A stretch of 64,000 bases of DNA from Chiloscyllium plagiosum (Eukaryota), in NCBI RefSeq assembly GCF_004010195.1, contig NC_057718.1, positions 42,360,901-42,424,900 on the forward strand, in the 5' to 3' direction. The notes beneath the pieces were generated by a model. The model was not told the DNA's origin and did no database searches. It saw only the letters and a list, made by a program, of their open reading frames with translations. A program made the translations under genes and the position numbers. This document shows, in pieces, positions 38,983 through 51,574 of this stretch (position 1 is its first letter; every line of letters starts with the position of its first letter).

Positions 38983-39538
38983 GATCAGGTCTTAACTGTC
39001 CACATCATGAAGGGTCAAGGAAGCACAATCTGGTTTGTCTCCACATACAACCAATTCACCCAGTAGTTCCTATTATGTTTTTCCTCTGCACTGCATTTGT
39101 ACAATCTGATGTGTAGTCTGACCTTTCCAATATTTATGTTAGCTTCACAATAGGGGATTCAATCTGGTAATTTTCTAGATCTCCTTCTTCCCCTAGTTTT
39201 TCCTTACTATTCTTTGTGTCAGAATCTACTCTCAAGTCTTGGCATGTTGACCCTTTTTGTTTCTATTTCTGAAGATAATATCTTTTTAATATGTTTGTGC
39301 CACACAGTTGTTTTTTTTTCCAGTCAGAGGTGGTGGTAAGTGACCTTGCTCATTATTTTCCCTCTACAGAATGCAAGACTAAACGAAATGCTCAGAGGTT
39401 TGCACGTGAACAGCAAAAGAGTCTAATCCCTTGTTTTGAATGTTTGTGCTTCAGCATGTCTGTCTACCTGTTGTTTCATGACCTTTTGGGAGGCTTTAAG
39501 GTGTTGTGGTTCTGTTCGCCGAGCTGGAAGTTTTTGTT

Positions 39539-39578
39539 GCAAACGTTTCGTCCCCTGGCTAGGCGACATCATCAGTGC
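39539..39578 (-). ncRNA. Minimal type I hammerhead ribozyme motif (PLE pseudo-LTR)
   Basis: GCA-CUGAUGA-U-GUCgCCUagccAGGgGAC-GAAAC-GUU-UGC. Core intact, stem I GCA/UGC, palindromic AACGUU stem III. Confidence 0.8.
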
Positions 39579-39957
39579 TTGGGAGCCTCCTGCAAAGCGC
39601 TTCTTTGATGTTTCCTCCAGTGTTTATAGTGGTCTGTCCCTGCCGCTTCCGGTTGTCAGTTTCAGCTGTCCGCTGCAGTGACCGGTATATTGGGTCCAGG
39701 TCGATGTGTTTGTTGATGGAGTTTGTGGATGAATGCCATGCCTCTAGGAATTCCCTGGCTGTTCTCTGTCTGGCTTGCCCTATGATAGTAGTGTTGTCCC
39801 AGTCGAATTAAATGCCTAAAACTAGGGGGCATGCATTCAAGGTGAGAGGGGGAAAGCTCAAAGGAGATAGAATCATAAAATCCTTAACAGTGTGCAAACA
39901 GGCCATTTGGCCCAACAAGTCCAATCTGACCCTCCAAAGAGTAACCCACCCAGACCC

Positions 39958-40555
39958 NNNNNNNNNNNNNNNNNNNNNNNNNNNNNNNNNNNNNNNNNNN
40001 NNNNNNNNNNNNNNNNNNNNNNNNNNNNNNNNNNNNNNNNNNNNNNNNNNNNNNNNNNNNNNNNNNNNNNNNNNNNNNNNNNNNNNNNNNNNNNNNNNNN
40101 NNNNNNNNNNNNNNNNNNNNNNNNNNNNNNNNNNNNNNNNNNNNNNNNNNNNNNNNNNNNNNNNNNNNNNNNNNNNNNNNNNNNNNNNNNNNNNNNNNNN
40201 NNNNNNNNNNNNNNNNNNNNNNNNNNNNNNNNNNNNNNNNNNNNNNNNNNNNNNNNNNNNNNNNNNNNNNNNNNNNNNNNNNNNNNNNNNNNNNNNNNNN
40301 NNNNNNNNNNNNNNNNNNNNNNNNNNNNNNNNNNNNNNNNNNNNNNNNNNNNNNNNNNNNNNNNNNNNNNNNNNNNNNNNNNNNNNNNNNNNNNNNNNNN
40401 NNNNNNNNNNNNNNNNNNNNNNNNNNNNNNNNNNNNNNNNNNNNNNNNNNNNNNNNNNNNNNNNNNNNNNNNNNNNNNNNNNNNNNNNNNNNNNNNNNNN
40501 NNNNNNNNNNNNNNNNNNNNNNNNNNNNNNNNNNNNNNNNNNNNNNNNNNNNNNN
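39958..40555. other. Assembly gap (598 N)
   Basis: Run of n. Confidence 1.
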
Positions 40556-40847
40556 AATGTAGTGTACAAAATACTATGCAAGGACTGCACTAAACACTAT
40601 ATAGGACAGGCAACATGAATTCGACTGGGACAACACTACTATCATAGGGCAAGCCAGACAGAGAACAGCCAGGGAATTCCTAGAGGATGGCATTCATCCA
40701 CAAACTCCATCAACAAACACATCGACCTGGACCCAATATACCAACCACTACAGCGGACAGCTGAAACTGACAACCGGAAGCGGCAGGGACAGACCACTAT
40801 AAACACCGGAGGAAACATCAAAGAAGCGCTTCGCAGGAGGCTCCCAA

Positions 40848-40887
40848 GCACTGATGATGTCGCCTAGCCAGGGGACGAAACGTTTGC
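40848..40887 (+). ncRNA. Minimal type I hammerhead ribozyme motif (PLE pseudo-LTR)
   Basis: gcaCTGATGAtgtcgcctagccaggggacGAAAcGTTtgc. Predicted cleavage after 40884. Identical to the minus-strand copy. Confidence 0.8.
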
Positions 40888-42754
40888 AACAAAAACTTCC
40901 AGCTCGGCGAACAGAACCACAACAACGAGCACCCGAGCTACAAATCTTCGCACAAACTTTGAAGGCTTTAAGGTGTTCTTTGGTCACAGCATATGGTTTA
41001 GCGAGTTTCTTGCTGAAGGGAGACATAATTCAACTATAAGATTTCCTCCCTCTGATCCAGGAATGTTTCCTCGATCCATTTAAAGGAGCCATTTCCTTAA
41101 TGCTTATATATTAATGCAATTTTAACACAATAAAACTTGAGGATCTCTAGTTGTAAATAACAGAAAACATGAACCTCTCATCCTAATCATGGTGGTCCTC
41201 ACAGTAAGACACTCTATTTATGGCTCTCACGAATTGGTAGCATTGTTCCAGAGCCCTTTGTTACTGGTATGTTAAGGATTTCAACTGTTGATGCCCATGC
41301 AATGCATAACGTCTTGTCAAGTCTTAACAAGGAATATATGTTGAACGCCTCCTTTTCCCATTTAAATCTCCCAAAAACACTTCCGGCCAGGCAGACCTCT
41401 GGCTTTCCATCCAAAGTACTGGCTCACCTGTTTCTGGTGCAACTTACTTTGGAAGTTATCCAATCAATGGCCCAGTCAGTGAATATTCCAGGGACTTCCT
41501 TCTGTAACTGCTTTGTGTCCCTGACTTAATTTGCATTGGCAAAGGCCACTGTGGAGGCTAACACTTTATCTCCAGTCAAATATCCAGAAGCCAACCTATC
41601 TCAGCCACAGGCAAACTGCTGACAATCCTATTCAACCAGTCAAGAGAGTCAGTCAAAATCTAAGTGACTCCAATAAGCATATAGATATGTACCCACTTTC
41701 AATGGTCTATATAGCATCTTCACTCACCAAAACTCTCTAAGGAGAAGTATTGCCTTTAACCAGCATTAAAAAGTTGGTTGGCCCCTGCATCTGTGAGCAG
41801 GATCATGGAGTTGTTTACTTTTTTGACAGAAAGGTGTCCTTCTACCCCTTCAGAGGGAAAAAAAACCTGATAATCTTGAAGATTTTGTCTATTCTTACTG
41901 CATCCATTCTTGGAAGTGCTAATCACCATACTTAGGACCAAAGATGCCCACTTATTACGGCATCCTTTCCTGGACTGGCTTTGCGGTTCCCTCTTCAACT
42001 TCAGGTAGCTGGTTTTCACATGTCTTGATTACAATGAAAATACAAGTCTTCAGCAATCATACGTACCAATTGTGCCTTCACTCAAGAAGGACTTCAATGT
42101 GCTTTTACTGTCACCTTACTCTCTCACTTGGTCCTTTCCAGACCTCTGGAGATAATTAGGAAAGCATTTTTCCTGATTAAAGGGTTTGCTTAAGAGTTCG
42201 TTATTGTCTGATATCACAGTTTTCATGTTAATTGAGATAATTTTTAAATTCTTCAAATAGAAGTACTTCTCATAAGTTCTCCTAAGAGAGTTCTAATTTC
42301 AAAGATCCAGCAATCTTCCAAACTTCCAGCAATAAAAAGCCAGAAATGTAACTCTGCCAAATTCAACATTGGTTTCAGCAGACCTTTTACAAATATTGCT
42401 GACAAATTGATAATATGCTTCAGGTCTCAACTTGCTAATAGTAATTTAGTCGGTTCATAGTTCAATGAACTTTCCTCAGATAACATGGAATAAATTCACA
42501 GCTTCTCTTGTCTAATATGCCTGCTAAAAGGAGGGTTCAAACCTCTTTTGATCACTTAGGATCAGTGCTCAAATTGTTATTGTCCTGGTCCAGTTCTTAA
42601 CTTTGTCAATATTTATATTTTACAACTGAATATTAAAAGCTGCAAAGATGGCTTTAAGAGATTCACCTGACTTTTGAAAACTGAAACAATATCCTGCCAC
42701 AAGAGGAAATAAAAGGAACATTCCAGAATGATTATATATCTAACACAACACACA

Positions 42755-42950
42755 GACATTGCTGTAAAAGCTCAGCAGGTCTGGCAGCATTTGTGAAGAG
42801 AAATCAGAGTTATGTTTTGGGTCCTGTGAGGTCACCGGACCAGAAATGTTAACCCTGATTTCCCTTCGCAGGTGCTGCCAGACCTGCTGAGCTTTTCAAC
42901 AATTTCTGTATTTGTTTCTGATTTACAGCATCCGCAGTTCTTTCAGTTTT
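42755..42950. mobile_element. Palindromic short PLE-derived element (older family)
   Basis: aaaagctcagcaggtctggcagca ... tgctgccagacctgctgagctttt inverted arms around a remnant ggtcaccggaccagaaatgttaac. Confidence 0.65.
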
Positions 42951-43624
42951 GATCTTACATCTCGCCTTTTAGTGAAACTAATTCAAAAGGCTATTATTAA
43001 ATTGAATCAAAATCCAAGGATCTTGACTGTTTTAAACCCATAAGGTGTTAACCTACAACAAAGGACTATTTGAGCCATTATACATACAAACCTTAGTACA
43101 AAAAATGATTTTGAACTTCTGGAAGTCATAGTGAAGCCAATTTGTTTTAAAATCAGCTAGATGGTGATCTGCAGATAGAGAATTCCATTGAAAACTGTTG
43201 ATCTAACTGCAAGCCACGAAACAGCAATTAACAGCAATACATTGAAAATGGTCCTAACACAGAGGAAAGTTCTTCCCAATCTGTTGCTAGAGCTCATCTG
43301 GGGAAGCAAAACACCTAGATATTCTGCTACAACAAACTCATGGTTTACTTTGTTAGACCTTCACTTCAACCTTAAAGCATCAACTTTAACTGAAAAACTG
43401 CACAACTGTCACAAGAGAGACAGAGACAATTATAATCTGCAATAGCATTTTACGTTCATTTGTATCTAAGTTTTGTATGTGTGAGAGAGTATCATTTGGA
43501 CAATGTCATGGATAGCTAATTTTTTAAGAGTATCAGGAATCATTCCTTTTGGTTGTACAGTTGTTCCTATCTGCTACAGCTTTTAGTTCCCCAGAAGTTA
43601 ACGGAATTAATGCTCCCAGTTATT

Positions 43625-44885
43625 TAGAGTCTAAGTCATAGAGGTGTAGAGCACAGAAACAGATCAATGCATCCAACTCGTCCATGCCAATCAGATATCC
43701 TAAATTAATCTAATCCCATTTGCCAGCATTTAGCTATATCTCTCTGAACCCTTCTTATTCACATACCTATCTAGATATCTTTTAAATGTCATAATTGTAC
43801 CAGCTTCCACTACTTCCTCTGGCAGCTCATTCCATTCCCACACAATCCTCTGTATGAAAACATTGTTCCTTAGGTACCTTTTAAATCCTTCCCCTCTCAC
43901 CTTAAACCTTTGCCCTCTAGTTTTGGTCTCTCTCTACCCTGGGAAAAAGACCATGGCTATTCACCCTAACCATGCTCCTCATGATTTTATAAACCTCTAT
44001 AAACTCACCCCTCAGTCTCTGACACTCCAGGGAAAAAAGCCCCAGCTTATTCAGCCTCTCCCTATAACTCAAACCCTCCGACCCCGGCAACATCCTTCGA
44101 ACTCTTTTCTGAACCCTTTCAAGTTTGATAATATGTTTCCAACAGCAGCGAGACCAGACGTGAATGCAGTATTCCAAACGTAACCTAATGAATGTGCTGT
44201 ACAGTCACAATATGATATCGAACTCCTCTACTCAATGAACTGATCAATAAAGGCAAGCATACCAAATGTCTTCTTCACTATCCCATCTATCTCCGACTCC
44301 AATTTCAAGGAACTTTGAAGCTGCACTCTTCGTTCGGCAACATTCCCCAGGACCCTACCATTAAGTGTACAAACTCTGCCCTGATTTACCTTACCAAACT
44401 GCAAAACCTCAAATTTCACTAAGTTAAACTCCATCTTCCATTCCTTGACCCCTTGGCGCATCTGATCAAGGTCCTGTTGTACTCTGAGATAACTTTCTTC
44501 ATTGTCCACTACACCACTAATTTTGAAGTCATCTGAAAATTTACTAACCTTACCTCCTATATTCACATACAAATCATTTATATAAATTAGTAAAAGAATG
44601 GACACAGCACTGATTTTTTGCAGCACACTGTCGGTCACAGTCCTCCAGTCCAAAAAACAACCCTCCACCACCAACCTCTGTATCCTACCTTCAAGCCAAT
44701 TTTGTATCCAAACGACTTGCTCTTCCCGGATTCCATATGATCTAACCTTGAATCAGTTACCATGCGGAATCTTGTCAAACACCTTGCTGAAGTCCACATG
44801 AAAACGCCCATTTCTTCAGAAAAGTCAATCAAGTAAGTGAGTCATGATTTTCCATGCACAAAGCCATGTTGACTATCCCTAAGCC
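43625..44885 (-). mobile_element. HER1/CR1 LINE 3' part
   Basis: ORFs 44228-44674 (YINDL..VSKFSDD..WKMEFNLVK) and 43917-44177 (LERVQKRVRRMLPG). Confidence 0.92.
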
Positions 44886-47800
44886 TTTCTGTTCTACAAA
44901 ATATTTGGTGTTAAACCTGGCCAGCTTAAGTATTTATCACAATGAAATTACAAGAAATCCCGCTGATTAATTTCTTCAGTGATCTGTTTACTTGCTGCTT
45001 TCAATTCACATACGTAATCCAAATGAGCCCTTGATATGTTATAGACAGGGAAGACATGGCAAAATGGTTTCCTATTTTTATAGTCAATTGAGAAAAAGTT
45101 TAAAAGCCTCTGTTTTAAAAACCTCTGACTGATCTGACTCTCAAGAAGTGACAATAACAGATTTTCATGTAGATTTTAAACAGTATAAATGTTTACTGCC
45201 TCATACTTAAATTTATTACAAACAGCACCCATTCATAAATGGACGCATGCTAAAGAAAATGTGATTACAAAAGTGATAGCATGCACATATGCCTTATAAT
45301 TACACAAAAGAAAAATCACTGTATCACTTGCTTTTCCTAAGCAGCAGCTTTGGAACATTGATGGTTTGTGACTTCCTTTTGGCCCACTGAAGAAACAGAT
45401 TTTTCAGGTTGAAGAAGATGGGTCCGCAATGGTTAACAACCTGCAGGACAAAGTTTCCTTGGCTTTTCTCCAGTTGAACCCTGCAGCAAAAAATTGTATT
45501 TGCTCTTCAATTACATGAGTAATACAGCCCAAATTCTCTGCCTCCTATTGGATCTTAGGCAGGGTCTGGTCCCTTTGCTAGTCCTCCTTCGTTTTTACCA
45601 AAAACCTGGTTTCTGACATGTGACTATAGTATTTGCCTTCCATTATCTTTAAAAATAGTGTCCGATGATTTTGAAATTGGTACTCATTGGTTTCACATTC
45701 ACATGTCCTTGTGACAGAATGGGGCTTTATCCAAATCCATTATTTGCATTTCCAGTCTAAAGCTGAAAATCTCAAGGACACTATGAACAAGTTTCTATAA
45801 TTACTTGAATAAAGATAGCTATTAATCTACTGGAAAGTTTGTTGTATTTTAAAGTCTTTTAAATGGGATATCCTAAAAGTTTGTTCACATTTTAATGCCT
45901 TGTCCAGACATGAAAAATAGCTCAGGGCCTTGAGTAACTCCCTGTACATTGGCATGAAAAGGAACAGTCACCTGACCTTTCCATTTTATTTTGAAAGCAG
46001 AATGTACATTTTTCATTTGTTTCTTAAAATTAATGTCCCTGATATAAATTTACACTCCATAAAGTCTATATTGTGCAAACATAACATTCGTAAACGCACT
46101 GTTTAGGAGTTTCTTCAATTTAATTTTTACAGAAGTTACCAGTTTTGCCAATCTTGCTCCAATAGAATGTGTAGATAAACTTCCTGCTGAGCTCATTTGT
46201 TACACCTTGAATGAAAAAAAAACAAAAACTAGCTCAACTGCAATATATCCAATAGTGAGTGGGCTACTACCTGCTGCTATGATATGACACATCCTCAGAA
46301 CATTTTGTCTTAAGTGTTTCACTTGCAATATTATGCAGAACAAGGATTTGTCCATTTGAAGAGCATTTCAGCTATTTATTCCACCAAAATGATTGGGATG
46401 GAGTGGAATCCATAAGATTTTACATAATGATAAGTTAATGAAACTGGAACCATAATTAACCAGTAATTGTTTGGGTGTTGCTGAAAAAGAAAGACTCATT
46501 TTGTCAAAAACGTTATCTTGTATTCATCAGCACAATTCAGAACCAATAATTTAAGAGGAAGAACAACATTTCTACTGTAAGAGAAAAGATTGTTGATTGT
46601 TTGGCAAGCAGACTCTGAATGGTTGAGGTGTTGCCATGAAGCATGAAACAATACATGACGTCTGACAATTAACTGCCAGGTCTTGTTTAAATTTGTCATA
46701 CTTCCGAATGGCTGTCACCTATTTTGTTGAGTTGAAACAGATGCAGGAACTTCTGCCTGGACAGAACAGCACCCAGTGTATTTACATATGTTACTTTCTG
46801 GTATATGCTCGTATGCCACATTCTGAGTTGGCTGCCAGCGTAATTATTCACATGCACAACATTATCCAGCAAATGATGTTCAATTTCTGAATCACGTTTA
46901 ATGTTGGATATTGCATTGTGAATGTTTGAAGCATAGGCTTATTGGGTATAGTCCAACTGCAAACGTGCCTGCTACAAACAGCCGAAGGGCTACACTGTTT
47001 GATACAACCTGCCAGACTGCATACTTGCATTGCACTGGAACTGAAATGCATATTTATATTTATGTGATAAGTAGAACACCTTTTTGGTTTGATGGCAGCA
47101 TCTTGTTAGCAGCAACCATCACTTTTGTTGTTACTGTATAGTAGCAGTGTAAAAAAGGCCAGCTTCACCAGTTGTTCAAACCTTGAAGGTACCTTATCCT
47201 TTTTGAGCAATCTGGGGTAGGCTGGGCACTTTTCAAAACCAAAGGCCATTCATGAATTTGTGGTAAAGGTAGCAAGAAATGATCTGATCAAAGTAGGCAT
47301 TATCCTGCAAGATGGTTATGGTACACTCTGCTTCAACTATTTAAATTTCAGTGCTGGAGTAAGGTCACAAATATCCCAAAGATTGGCAGGTCATATTAAG
47401 CAGCACATAAAATTCCTGGCAGACTTCAGATAAATCCGTTATGCTGAAATTAGGTGATTTTCGATTGTATGATACTTCCTTTTTTGATCTTTAGGAACTT
47501 TTCTGATTTATGTGACTCAATATCACACCCTTTGATGCAACCACTCTCAAATTCAACAGAGAGCTGGGTACTGTATCTCATCAGTGACAAGATGAGATGG
47601 GACAAGAAACCAAAAATAGACAAAACTCCTGAAGACAATCATTTCCTTGTGAATATGTTATTAAATGTACATAACTTTGACTTTGATGCATTGGCCAGGA
47701 TCTTCTGAGGAGTGACAATCATCTGACTTCTACTGCTCAATTTTTAAACCACCAAAATGCTGTTCTGCATTTCTTGCCCAGTATAACCAGTCAAACATTC

Positions 47801-48423
47801 ATAGAAATGAAGAACAGGGCATCCTTTGGCGATCCCTGTCATGTACTGCACAGTTGGAGCAAAGACAAGACAATGCTCCTTTTTTGAAGATGCTCACTGA
47901 CAGTATGTTAAGAAATCACTTGTGGTTAACAGATTGGGTCAGGAGGACAGTCAGGTTGGAGATAAATCAAGGGTAGTCAAGTGATAAAGAAATAGTGTAG
48001 TTGCGAGGAGTAGTTGGGTAGGCAGGGACGTTAGACAGTTAGTTGTGCAACTCCCTTAGAGTTAGACGAGATTCTTATTCTATAATGTTTCCTAGGAAAC
48101 ATTGTGAATAAGTACATGAGAACAGCTCAGCCAGATACTTCTGTGGAGGGTACCTGGGTGAAGAAGAATTCCCCCAGAAGGTCAAACTGGGCAGTTTCCA
48201 TGGAGATCACTGGGTTGGGATTCATGCAGGGTCCTCATACTCATCCACACTCTTAAGTTCTGGACATGGAAGATTTAGGTCATTACCTTTTCAAATCTTA
48301 TTTGGTTATAATCGTTTTATAAAATATTTAAAATTACAATTCCATTGTATTATTTTGCAATTCTTCAGATCGTTAAATGATATAAGTTTCTAAACAAATA
48401 CATTTTAAACTGCAGGAGCTTAC

Positions 48424-48527
48424 CTTACAATTTCATTTTTCATCCTAAGACCTTTGAAATACTTTTTCATGTCATAGTAATTATGGATGCACTTTCGAAC
48501 ATAATATCCACGCCACGTTTTCTGGAT
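48424..48527 (-). CDS. SPATA17: SPATA17 coding exon (104 bp, phase 0/2): IQKTWRGYYVRKCIHNYYDMKKYFKGLRMKNEIV(R), IQ motif
   Basis: Acceptor ttactAG|ATCCAG, donor GTAAG|GTaagc. It carries the IQxxWRGxxVR calmodulin-binding motif and matches recalled human IQRRWRGYRVRKYLFNYYYLKEYLK. Confidence 0.93.
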
Positions 48528-48989
48528 CTAGTAATGTAATTAAAATTGAGAGAATTAATGCCCTACTATGTTAAGTGTTCAAGTACAGGCTTTCAACAGA
48601 GAAACAGGTTTGTTACTTCGTATGCCATGCAGCATTTACAAACTGGGATAAACTTCCAGAACTCAGTGTGATCACTTTCTGACATCTTTCTGTCCTTTAC
48701 TCCCAAAACGAATATACCAAGCCTCCCACTGCTGGCACAATTGAGTAAGGATTTTCAAATCAGTCACAGGGATAAAGTTGTGACAAAAAATAAGCATTTA
48801 GGGTCCAAGGTTTAGCTTGGAGTTGGCTCTTTAAATGCTGTCCGATCCCATACCATTAACAGAACAATAGTTATATCTATATATAATAGTATACTGCACT
48901 CAATGTAGAAAACATGCCAAAGTAAAAGGTAGAAAATTTAAAAAATGGAATAGATGAGATAAAGGAGCATTTCCTAATCTATAGCACGT

Positions 48990-49145
48990 AGGTTCCTGCA
49001 CCAGCTGAGGTCACCATGAGGGTCCAACCTCTCTGAACTTGCCCGTTACCGGAGGCGTGATGACCCTCACCTTAAGCTCACCACCAATCATTTCTCGCTA
49101 ATGAGAGAGCAGCTCTGCAGTCCTCTGGGATGATGATGATGACTA
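48990..49145 (+). mobile_element. SINE 3' fragment; an opposite-strand relative at about 57195-57310 and 57775-57860 is split by a CR1
   Basis: tgaccctc...aagctcaccaccaatcat matches the reverse complement of atgactggtggtgagtttaacttgagggtca. Confidence 0.55.
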
Positions 49146-49589
49146 CTAGTTGTTGAGTTAGAAAGGTGATTCTAACCTTGGACTTTGAGAATGATTTTAT
49201 TTTTAGTTTGTTTTCAAGAGATTGCAACAGCTGCCAAGGATGGAGGGATTTAACCAAAAAGATGTGCAGTATTGGATCAAGGGTTCATGGTTTCACCATT
49301 AGTTATGTGTCAAAAAGGGAGAAGCATTACCAATATGCTTTCATTGCTAGCATGTTTCCAAGTCCTCCCCTTTCAATACGGACTTTCGAGGAGCTAGCAT
49401 AATGTGTCCCCATAACATCAATGAGTACAGCGGATAGACAGCATAAGTGATTGCAGTATAGTTTAGTCAAGAACTGCAAACTATTTTTTTTTCCTACTAT
49501 AGGAGAAACTTGACTCTAATAAAAGTGTATAAGAGAAGAGAATGAACCAGCCTATAAAACACACCTTTCAATCCTTCAATATATCCAAA

Positions 49590-50460
49590 GAGCTTCATAA
49601 GCCAAGAAGCTATTTTTAAGGTGTAATCACTGTAATTATGTAAATACGTCAGCTCATCTGGAAAGTGTAAGGTTCCACAAACAGCAATAAAATAAGCGAA
49701 TGGATAACCTATTGCTGGATAAACATTGGCCAAAATGATGAGAGAACTCGTGCTTCATTTTCATGTATTAAGGATTCTTCCATGTTTGCTCAAGCAATAA
49801 ATTGCAACTTCATTTTCACATCTTCTTTGGAAAACATCATTTCTATAGCACACAGTTTGAATTTATGAATCATTTTTAGTCGACTAAGTTAGATCAAGGC
49901 AAGTCACCAGGAAATTTAAAAGCATAATTTTACGCATAAGGAGCTGTTAGGGCAGATGACCAATAACTTGTTTTAAGGAAGGCTTAAAAGTACTAAAGAA
50001 AGCAAGAGACAGAAAGCCTTAATGAGGGAATTCCAAATCATTCATTCTTCGCAGCTGGAGTCATGGCCACAACTGGATAGAATGATTAAAACTGGTGATG
50101 TTGAGAGGTCAGAATTAAAGGAGTGTGGATATCTTGGACAGTCATTGTTTTAGAGCCATTAGCAGAGGTCAGTATATGGGATGCTGTGAAAGGACTTGAA
50201 AAATCAAGACTGACAATTTTAAAATTGAGGCAGTACATTACCAGCACCAATGTAGATCAACAAATAGAAGAATGATGAGAGACCAGTCTTGGTTTGAGTC
50301 AAGACAGAGGCAGCAAAGATTAGATTGACCTCAAGTTTACAAGGGGTAGAAAGTAAGAAGCTGGTCAAAAATGCAGTGGAAAAGTTTTGTCTAGTTATAA
50401 AGAAGGGAATAATAAGGTTTTGAATTGATAGGCTGAGGTATAAGGGGAGTCAGATGTCAG
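49590..50460 (-). mobile_element. Old DeuSINE-like fragment (about 49590-49860) followed by an L2-like LINE fragment
   Basis: ggataaacattggcca..gagaactc..tgcttc resembles the Deu core. The downstream purine-rich degenerate sequence is L2-like. Confidence 0.4.
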
Positions 50461-50464
50461 AATT

Positions 50465-50975
50465 TTTAGAATACTGTGTTCAATTTTATTCTGTTAGAAA
50501 GATGTTAAACTTGAAAGGATGCAGAAGAGATTTACAAGGATGCTGCTGAGATTAGAGGGTTTAAGGTTATAGGGAGAAACTGAATAGACTGGGGCTTTTT
50601 ATCCCTGGAGAGGTGGAGGCTGAGGGGACACCTTATAGAGGTTTATAAAATCAGAGGGGCATGTGCAGAGTGAAAAGCCATGGTCTTTTTCTCAGGATAA
50701 GGAAGTCCAAAGCTAGAGGGCAAAAATGTAAAGTGAGAAGGGAAAGATTTAAAAGGGACCTGAGGGGCAACATTTTCATGCAAAGGGTGGTGCGTCTATG
50801 AAATGGGCTGCCACAGGAGGTGATGAAGGTGGGTACAATTACAACAGTTAAAAAGGTATCTGGATGAGAACATGAATAGGAAGGGTTTAGATATAGACCA
50901 AATGTTGGCAAATGGGACTAGATCAGTTTAGGATATCTAGTCTGTTTCTGTGCTGTATAACTCTATCACTCTAAT
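50465..50975 (+). mobile_element. HER1/CR1 LINE 3' fragment
   Basis: gcagaagagatttacaaggatg...gaggctgagggga..ccttatagaggtttataaaat; tail tctgtttctgtgctgtataactctat. Confidence 0.88.
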
Positions 50976-51574
50976 TAGAGAACAGAATTTCAGCACAGAA
51001 ATAGGCCATTCACCGTTGGTGGCTCACTGCAAGAGCAACCTTGTTGATCCCACTGTGAGATATTTACTAACTCGTTCACCAGCTTGCTATATTTATTAAT
51101 ATTGTATTCCTAATCATTCATTCATAACTCTTTGCTAACTCGCTGTTTACTATGACGTGTTTTCATTCATTCATTGATAAAACGGTTTTTGTTGTACATT
51201 TTACTATTACAAGATAGACTAAATTAAAACACCTCTTTCAACCCATCACTGCTTCTTCATATCTTCAATCCTTACCAGCCCCACACTCTTAATATTGTTT
51301 GGGCCTTTTTCTACATCAAGAGCTACCTCTGAAAAAGTGTCAATATGGCAACGTATTCAAGACTCAATCGAAACTTTGGAAACATTATAACATTAATCAA
51401 CTCTTACCAACCGTTTCTCAGGACCTGAACAGATTACAGAACATCAAACAGTTTCCCCAACGAGTCTGTATTTGTTAAATACATTAAACAAGGCCGCTTT
51501 CTTCTGAAAGGCATGATTGAATCTGTTTCTACCTCCTTTTCAGGCATCTTCATTTCAGATTTGAACCACTCACA

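Larger units (their letters stand above)
39506..40962. mobile_element. Penelope-like element with inverted pseudo-LTR, GIY-YIG endonuclease remnant and two intact hammerhead motifs; spans the N gap
   Basis: NVVYKILCKDCTKHYIGQ...EFDWDNTTIIGQARQRTAREFLE..HSSTNSINKHIDLDPIY. Arms of about 305 bp at 39503-39809 and 40618-40923 are inverted. 15-bp TSD aggctttaaggtgtt at 39491-39505 and 40963-40977. Confidence 0.9.
36950..42550 (-). mobile_element. Highly degenerate, fragmented Gypsy-type element, interrupted by later insertions
   Basis: Minus-strand ANLVIYLAKS..ATVTY (RT-like, about 37810-37880), integrase-like ...NSTAYQ (about 37440-37800) and gag-like EVLLFEEFKNYL (about 42240-42275). Boundaries are uncertain. 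Confidence 0.5.

Noticed and set aside
39808..40618. Long ORFs of 233-268 aa in the track
   Set aside because: Artefacts of translating through the 598-N gap.
51056..51489. Mitochondrial insertion (NUMT)
   Set aside because: The composition is suggestive, but I could not match it to any mitochondrial gene or control-region motif. Left as unexplained.
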